From: Candidatus Eiseniibacteriota bacterium
GTDB taxonomy: Bacteria > Eisenbacteria > RBG-16-71-46
Direction: 5' to 3'
DNA length: 64,000 nucleotides
NCBI GenBank assembly: GCA_963717505.1
Contig: OY970342.1
Location: 3,392,001 to 3,456,000, forward strand
This document shows positions 58,197 to 64,000 of the stretch, piece after piece. The translations under genes were made by a program, and so were the position numbers. Each line of letters begins with the position of its first letter. The stretch's first letter is position 1. The notes below the pieces were generated by a model. The model searched no databases, was not told the DNA's origin, and saw only the letters and a program-made list of their open reading frames with translations.

Positions 58197-59266
58197 ACAT
58201 CAAGGCCCGGCCCTTCTCCGCCTTGGACGCGAACGAGGTCCACCTCTGGAGCCGCATTCAGATCGCCGACCCGATCGTTGACAGTCCGTTCCTCAGCGCA
58301 GGCTTCGCCCGCGCGGTCGCGGCCTGCCGGAAGGACGTCGAGGTCGCGGTTCTGAGCGACGGCGGGCGTACGGTTGGGTTCCTGCCGTTCCATCGATGCG
58401 ACGGGGACGTCGGCCGGCCCGTCGGCATGCGGCTCTCGGACTTGCATGGACCCGTCGTCGAGCCTGGTCTCGATTGGGATGCGGGCCAGCTGATTCGCGG
58501 CGCGTCTTTGACCGCATGGCACTTCGACCACGTGCCGGCAGCGCAGCTGCCGCTACAGAGATTTCACTGGGGCGATGCGTCTTCGCCGTACATCGACCTG
58601 AGCCGGGGGTTCGAAACCTATCGGGCCGAACGCCGGCGCGCCGGTTCCGAGCAGTTGCACCAGGTCGAGCGCAAGGCGCGCAAGCTGGAGCGTGAGGTGG
58701 GCCCACTCCGGTTCGAGTGGCACACGACCGATCCACGCGTGTTCAAGTTTCTGCTGGAACACAAGTCCGAACAGAGGCGGCGCTCGCGGACCTTCGACGT
58801 GTTGGAGCTCGAGTGGGTGGTCGAGGTGCTCGACCGGCTGCGCACCACGGCGTCCGACGACGTCTCCGGAGTGCTGTCGGCGCTCTACGTCGGGGATCGG
58901 CTGGTGGCCACGCACCTCGGGCTGCGTAACCGCCGCGTCCTCCATCTGTGGTTTCCCACCTTCGATCGCGAGTTGCACCATCACTCGCCGGGCTTGGTGT
59001 TGATGGTCGAGATGGTCAAAGCCTGTCATGGCCAGGGAATCGACTGTTTCCACCTGGGAGCGGGCATTCAGCAATTCAAGCTGGGCCTGATGACCGGCAG
59101 TGTGCCGATCGCCACCGGATCGGTGGCCACCGGGCGCGTCTCGTGGGCGATGGGTGCGGCGTCCTATCGGACGCGACGCTGGCTCGGCGCTTCGCCGATC
59201 CGTGCGGCGCTCGAGATCCCCGACCGTGTCCTCACCAATTGGCGCCAGCGCGCGGTGATGCGGTGA
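58193..59266 (+). CDS. CelD/BcsL-like GNAT acyltransferase
   Basis: SPFLS, SPYIDLSRGF, RKLEREVG, HSPGLVL. Confidence 0.87.
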   Translation: MNIKARPFSALDANEVHLWSRIQIADPIVDSPFLSAGFARAVAACRKDVEVAVLSDGGRTVGFLPFHRCDGDVGRPVGMRLSDLHGPVVEPGLDWDAGQLIRGASLTAWHFDHVPAAQLPLQRFHWGDASSPYIDLSRGFETYRAERRRAGSEQLHQVERKARKLEREVGPLRFEWHTTDPRVFKFLLEHKSEQRRRSRTFDVLELEWVVEVLDRLRTTASDDVSGVLSALYVGDRLVATHLGLRNRRVLHLWFPTFDRELHHHSPGLVLMVEMVKACHGQGIDCFHLGAGIQQFKLGLMTGSVPIATGSVATGRVSWAMGAASYRTRRWLGASPIRAALEIPDRVLTNWRQRAVMR

Positions 59267-60357
59267 TCGCTGGTGCGGACCTGGCGGTTCGACTCACGCG
59301 TCCCGACCAGTTGTCGGTGGCCGAGCAGGACCTGTGGTCGCGGCTGCAACCGGCCGACCCTGAGTTGGACGGCCCGTTCTTCTGTCTCGAGCTGATTCAG
59401 GCCGTCGGGCGTGTGCGCCCCGACCTGGAAGTCGCGGTGATCGAGCGCGGCGGGGAAGTGCTCGGGTTCTTTCCATTCCAGCGTGGCGCGGGCAACGTCG
59501 GGCGCCCGGCCTTGAGCCGACTCTCGGAGTTCCAGGGATTCATCATGCCGCGCGGTGTTTCGTTCGACGCCGCCGATCTGCTCCGGCAATGCCGACTGGT
59601 GGCGTGGCACTTCGATCACCTGGTGGCGTCGCAGCTTCCGCTCCAGCCGTACCACTGGAGCGTCACCGGGTCGCCGGTCATGGATTTGAGCCGGGGGTAC
59701 CAGGCCTATGAATCGCAACGGCGGCAAGCCGGTTCGTCGCTCCTGGCCAGCCTGGGGCGGAAGTCGCGCAAGTGCGCGCGTGAGGTGGGTCCGCTGCGCT
59801 TCGAGTTTCACAGCCGCGATCCGGCAGTGTTCCGTGCGCTGATCGACTGGAAGACGCGGCAGCACGAGCAAACGAATCGCTTCCGGGTGCTCGACACCCC
59901 CTGGCTGATCGAGCTGCTCGAGGACCTGCAACGGGTCGAGTCGCCACGATTCTCCGCCGTGCTCTCGGCGCTGTACGCCGGCGACCGGCTGCTGGCGGTC
60001 CACTACGGGCTTTCGAGTCCGGCGTCGGTGCACATCTGGTTTCCCGCGTTCCACCCCGACTACTCGCGCTACTCGCCGGGCCTGCTCCTGTTCGTGGAAC
60101 TCGCGAAGGCAGCGGCGGACCGCGGCATCAGGCGCGTCGACCTGGGCAAGGGTCCCGAGCGCTACAAGATCGAGTTCATGACCGGGGCGGCGACGATTGC
60201 CGAGGGTTCGTTCGACACCCGGCCCGCACATCGCTGGGCGCGCCTGGTGTGGCATCGCGCCAATCGATGGCTGACGGCCTCGCCCAACCGCGCGGTGCTC
60301 GCGTTGCCGTTGGAATGGTCGCGGCGCTGGCGGCAGCGGCGAGCGTTCGGTCAGTGA
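59263..60357 (+). CDS. CelD/BcsL-like GNAT acyltransferase (tandem paralog)
   Basis: WHFDH, SPVMDLSRGY, YSPGLLL, DLGKGPERYK. Confidence 0.87.
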   Translation: MIAGADLAVRLTRPDQLSVAEQDLWSRLQPADPELDGPFFCLELIQAVGRVRPDLEVAVIERGGEVLGFFPFQRGAGNVGRPALSRLSEFQGFIMPRGVSFDAADLLRQCRLVAWHFDHLVASQLPLQPYHWSVTGSPVMDLSRGYQAYESQRRQAGSSLLASLGRKSRKCAREVGPLRFEFHSRDPAVFRALIDWKTRQHEQTNRFRVLDTPWLIELLEDLQRVESPRFSAVLSALYAGDRLLAVHYGLSSPASVHIWFPAFHPDYSRYSPGLLLFVELAKAAADRGIRRVDLGKGPERYKIEFMTGAATIAEGSFDTRPAHRWARLVWHRANRWLTASPNRAVLALPLEWSRRWRQRRAFGQ

Positions 60358-61025
60358 CGTATTGGCAGGACGCGCGTGCGATCGCGCGGCGCCACGGAGT
60401 GCCGGCGGTCACCCTGTGGGTCGGGCACGGCCTGACAACCCGACTCTTTGGACTCGCGGGGAATCGCGTCCTGTGGCTCGACGCCGACCGGGTCGACGTG
60501 ACGCTCGGCCTGCCGCCCGAGGTCACCTCTCGGTTTCTCACGCCCGAGGAGGTTCGTGCGCTCGCGCAGGCACCGGTGAACACCTTGAGCGCGCCGATGG
60601 CCGAGCGCATCGCGCAGCTCGGCCACCAGTGTTACGCGGCATTCCAGGGCGAGCGGCCGATCGCCTATTGCTGGTACGCCACCGGGCGCATCGAGGCCGC
60701 GGATCACTGGGGCATTCCGCTGACGCTGCCGCCCGCGGTCGCGCTCAGCTACAACGCGTTCACCTACCCGGAATTCCGCGGACGCCGACTGCACGGCGGA
60801 CTCAAGGTCCGGGCGCTCAGGGCGATGCCGGGCATTCGCGCCCTGGTCTCGCTGGTCCGGATCGCGAACTGGCAATCGCTCAGGAGCCTCGAGCGTGCTG
60901 GATTCCAGGACCTCGGCGTGCTGCTGACCCTCGGCTCCAAGACCAAGTCCGTGCTAAGGATCCCCCGACGGGCGGCGGACCGGGGGATCCGTTTCTCGGT
61001 GGACGATCTTACGACGCCGGCTTGA
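60354..61025 (+). CDS. GNAT-family N-acetyltransferase
   Basis: FTYPEFRGRRL, NWQSLRSLERAGF. Confidence 0.75.
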   Translation: MTYWQDARAIARRHGVPAVTLWVGHGLTTRLFGLAGNRVLWLDADRVDVTLGLPPEVTSRFLTPEEVRALAQAPVNTLSAPMAERIAQLGHQCYAAFQGERPIAYCWYATGRIEAADHWGIPLTLPPAVALSYNAFTYPEFRGRRLHGGLKVRALRAMPGIRALVSLVRIANWQSLRSLERAGFQDLGVLLTLGSKTKSVLRIPRRAADRGIRFSVDDLTTPA

Positions 61026-62436
61026 TGTTCTGGTTCATCCGGAACAGGTTGTTCGGATCGTACTTGGCCTTGAGTTTGGCGAGCCGCGCATAGTTGCCAT
61101 CGTAGGCGCCGCCTTCCACGCGCTTGGCTTCGTCTTCGGGCATGAAGTTCACGTAGACGCCGCCGGTGGCAAATGGCGCCGAAGCGTCGAACAACTCGCG
61201 AGCCCAGGCGATGCACTTCTGATCCTGGCCTGGATCATTCCAGCGTGTGTGGACGTTCATGATGAACTCGACGTCGCGATGCGGGTACGCCGTCGCGTCG
61301 GCGGCCACGCGGTTGACCGCGGCCCCGAGGTTCCCGATGAAGACCTCACAGTCGCCGGTCGGCAGCCGACCGATCGCGTCGAGCACCACACGCACCAGCC
61401 CGTCGTCGAGCTTCTTGAAGTCATGCGACTTCCAGTAGTTGCGCGCCCCCGGCGTCAGCAGTGGATCGAACGCCGTCTGCCAACCCACGAACGGCGTCGG
61501 TCCGATCACGTCGGCGATCGGCTTGCCTAGCGCCCGCAGCGGAGCGACGGCCTTTTCGGCCGCGGCCCGGTCGCCGATGGCGCACACCGCCAGCACGACG
61601 ATTTCTTTGCCATGGACTTCCGGTGGGAGGAAGGGCAGGGGCGGCGCCTGGCGCAGGACGACCCAGGCGGTGACGTCGTCGGGCGCCGAAGCGACGAAAC
61701 GACGGTAGCCGTCGAGCACTTCCTGGGCGGCCGACAGCGGGTGAACGATCAGGCCGGCCAGCACCTCGGGCCCGACCGGATGAAGCCGATACTCGAACGA
61801 AGTCACGACGCCGAAGTTGCCGCCGCCGCCGCGAATCGCCCAGAACAGGTCCGGGTTCTCCCGCTCGTTCGCGTGCAGGAGCTTGCCATCGGCGGTCACC
61901 ACGTCGGCCGCGAGCAGATTGTCGACGGTGAGTCCGTGCTTGCGGCTGATCCAACCGAAGCCGCCACCCAGCGTGAATCCGGCAATGCCGGTGGTCGAGT
62001 TGATACCGACCGGGGTCGCCAGGCCGAACGCCTGCGCCTCGCGATCGAACTCGCCGAGTGTGACTCCCGGCTCGACCCGGGCCGTGCGTGCGACCGGGTC
62101 GATGCGCACCGACTTCATCGGCGACAGGTCGATCATCAGCCCACCGTCGCATACCGCGTTGCCGGCAATGTTGTGTCCGCCGCCGCGCACGGCCAGGAGC
62201 AGGTCGTGCTCGCGCGCGACCGAGACCGCGCGGATCACGTCGGCGGCCCCGGCGGCGCGCACGATGGCCGCCGGACGGCGGTCGATCATCGCGTTCCAGA
62301 TGGTGCGTGCGGCGTCGTAGCCCGGCTCGCCCGGCAGGCACAGGCTGCCGCGGAGACTGGTGCGCAGTGATTCGATTGCTTCAGCAGGAACGTTCTTGCG
62401 GTTTCCGTCGAGGGATTTGAGGCCGACTGCGGTCAT
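61009..62436 (-). CDS. FAD-linked oxidoreductase (BBE/VAO family)
   Basis: VRGGGHN, LFWAIRGGGGNFGVVT, YVNF, KYDPNNLF; TAAGGAGG RBS. Confidence 0.93.
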   Translation of the reverse strand: MTAVGLKSLDGNRKNVPAEAIESLRTSLRGSLCLPGEPGYDAARTIWNAMIDRRPAAIVRAAGAADVIRAVSVAREHDLLLAVRGGGHNIAGNAVCDGGLMIDLSPMKSVRIDPVARTARVEPGVTLGEFDREAQAFGLATPVGINSTTGIAGFTLGGGFGWISRKHGLTVDNLLAADVVTADGKLLHANERENPDLFWAIRGGGGNFGVVTSFEYRLHPVGPEVLAGLIVHPLSAAQEVLDGYRRFVASAPDDVTAWVVLRQAPPLPFLPPEVHGKEIVVLAVCAIGDRAAAEKAVAPLRALGKPIADVIGPTPFVGWQTAFDPLLTPGARNYWKSHDFKKLDDGLVRVVLDAIGRLPTGDCEVFIGNLGAAVNRVAADATAYPHRDVEFIMNVHTRWNDPGQDQKCIAWARELFDASAPFATGGVYVNFMPEDEAKRVEGGAYDGNYARLAKLKAKYDPNNLFRMNQNIKPAS

Positions 62437-62805
62437 GGATGAAATCCTCCTTAGGAGCCGATTCAGTTCGGGTGTCGAACCGGGGTGGTAGGCATGGGCA
62501 GCCTGAGCTACCCCGCCTCGCCGCGCAATTGGGGGAGCCTCGTGGACGGCCTTCTCCGCCCGGAACTACCGGGCCGCGGGGCAAGAGTTGGCGCCGGCGT
62601 GCGGGTCACCGACCTGCACCCGACATGGGCGGGCGTCGGCCGGCCGTTCTCCGGCTGAATTCGGGTTCCGGGTCCTCCGCCGGCCGTGGTAAGCTTGTGC
62701 GCTTTCGCTGGCTGGCCTCCACCCCGCAAGAGGCCCATCTGGGTCTCGCTGGCCCGCGCCTGGACCCGCAAGTCGAGTTCAGCATTGCAGATTCGAGCCT
62801 GCTAC

Positions 62806-64000
62806 ATGATCGGGGCGTGGCTGTGCCTGATGCCGGCCAGCGCCCTGTCCCAGACCGTCCTCACCCCTCGCGTATCACTCGAAGCTCCAGGGTTCCGAGA
62901 CCAGGACGACATGTGCTTCTGGATCCACCCCGTGGATCCGACCCTGAGCACCATCATCACCGCCGATAAGGCGGCGGGGGACTTGTTCGTCTACGACCTC
63001 GCCGGCTCGCCGCTCCAGACGATCCAACTCCCCGGCGGCCAACCCGGCAACGTCGACGTTCGCTACAACTTCGACCTGCAGGGCATCCCCACGGACATCG
63101 TGGGCGTCAACGATCGCAACACCCGCAAGCTGATGATCTTTCGCATCGACCCGGTGAGCCGAGCGCTCGAACGCATCGATGATGCCTCCCTCGACACCGC
63201 GCCGAGAACGTACGGGTTCGCGTTCTACGTGAGCCCGATCACCGGGAAGTACTACGTGTTTTCGCCAACCGAGGATGGGGTCGTCGAGCAGTTCGAGCTG
63301 ACCGACGCTGCCGGCCGGATCGCGGGCACGCTGGTGCGTTCGTGGGACCTGGGTGGAATCACCGAGGGCACAGTGTGCGACGATCAGAATGGGGTCGTGT
63401 TCTTCGGGGAGGAGGACGAGGGCATCTGGAAATTCGGCGCCGAACCGAACGACCCGACGGTGCCCACGGCCGTCGCCACGGTCGGCGACAGCAGCGGACT
63501 CACCGACGATGTCGAGGGGCTGACGATCTACTACGCGGCCGCCGGCGGCGGCTATCTGATCGCCTCGAGTCAGGGCAGCAACGAGTTCAAGGTCTACGAT
63601 CGACGGCCGCCGCACGCCTTCCTGCACTCCTTCTCGATCGAGGGCGTGGTCGAGACCGACGGCATCGACGCCATCAATCTGGCGATGGGCCCACAGTTCC
63701 CGGCGGGCATTTTCGCCGCCCACAGCCACTTCGAGAACGCCCCCACGCCGATCAAGCTGTGCGGCTTCGAGGACCTCGGGCTGCCGGTCGACATCGAGTA
63801 CTGGAATCCCAGGCTGAGCGGCTTGCTCCCCGTGATCCTGTCGTTCGCTCCGACCCTCGGACCGATCGGAACCGAGGTCACGATCACGGGAACTCGATTC
63901 ACCGGTGTCACGAGCGTTCGCATCGGCGAGATCGAGGCGGTCGAGTTCGCGGTCGACTCCGACACTCGGATCCGGGCGGTGGTCCCGGGCGGCGCCTCCA
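62806..64000 (+). CDS. Beta-propeller phytase with IPT/TIG domain, runs off the window
   Basis: QDDMCFWIHP, GNVDVRY, EGTVCDD, DVEGLTIY, SSQGSN, ETDGID; then SFAPTLGPIGTEVTITG; start uncertain. Confidence 0.87.
   Translation, partial: MIGAWLCLMPASALSQTVLTPRVSLEAPGFRDQDDMCFWIHPVDPTLSTIITADKAAGDLFVYDLAGSPLQTIQLPGGQPGNVDVRYNFDLQGIPTDIVGVNDRNTRKLMIFRIDPVSRALERIDDASLDTAPRTYGFAFYVSPITGKYYVFSPTEDGVVEQFELTDAAGRIAGTLVRSWDLGGITEGTVCDDQNGVVFFGEEDEGIWKFGAEPNDPTVPTAVATVGDSSGLTDDVEGLTIYYAAAGGGYLIASSQGSNEFKVYDRRPPHAFLHSFSIEGVVETDGIDAINLAMGPQFPAGIFAAHSHFENAPTPIKLCGFEDLGLPVDIEYWNPRLSGLLPVILSFAPTLGPIGTEVTITGTRFTGVTSVRIGEIEAVEFAVDSDTRIRAVVPGGAS

Overview
High-GC bacterial DNA. The gene content (many Hanks-type kinases, FG-GAP proteins with T9SS-A/FlgD-Ig-like C-termini, a TWGxxKxxYR tail) resembles Ca. 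Eisenbacteria-like genomes; this is an inference only. Layout: a SWIM-SNF2 helicase running off the left edge; an ArsR-SRPBCC-RibD-DUF1801 operon; a sigma54 activator with its hydrolase target; five Ser/Thr kinase genes plus a kinase scar; a small metabolic and transport block; an ECF sigma-kinase-FG-GAP unit; two paralogous OM barrels; tRNA-Arg(CCT) followed by a toxin-antitoxin-rich patch and a tyrosine recombinase; a BlaI/M56-HEAT/HEAT unit with a repeated operator; a hexaheme cytochrome with a secretion-type CTD; a PaaK-GT4-3xGNAT cluster; an FAD oxidase; and a phytase running off the right edge. Most notable observations: (i) a 20-bp copy of the tRNA 5' end with arm-like repeats 26 kb upstream of the tRNA; (ii) a BlaI regulon whose sensor and secreted target share Trp-rich HEAT repeats and a PWPWPxPxPRPxP tail; (iii) near-identical kinase modules carrying diverged or swapped TPR sensors behind leaderless promoters. 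Many gene fragments and single-base frameshifts are present, and the frameshifts are probably sequencing indels. All calls are by-eye motif recognition; no database searches were run.
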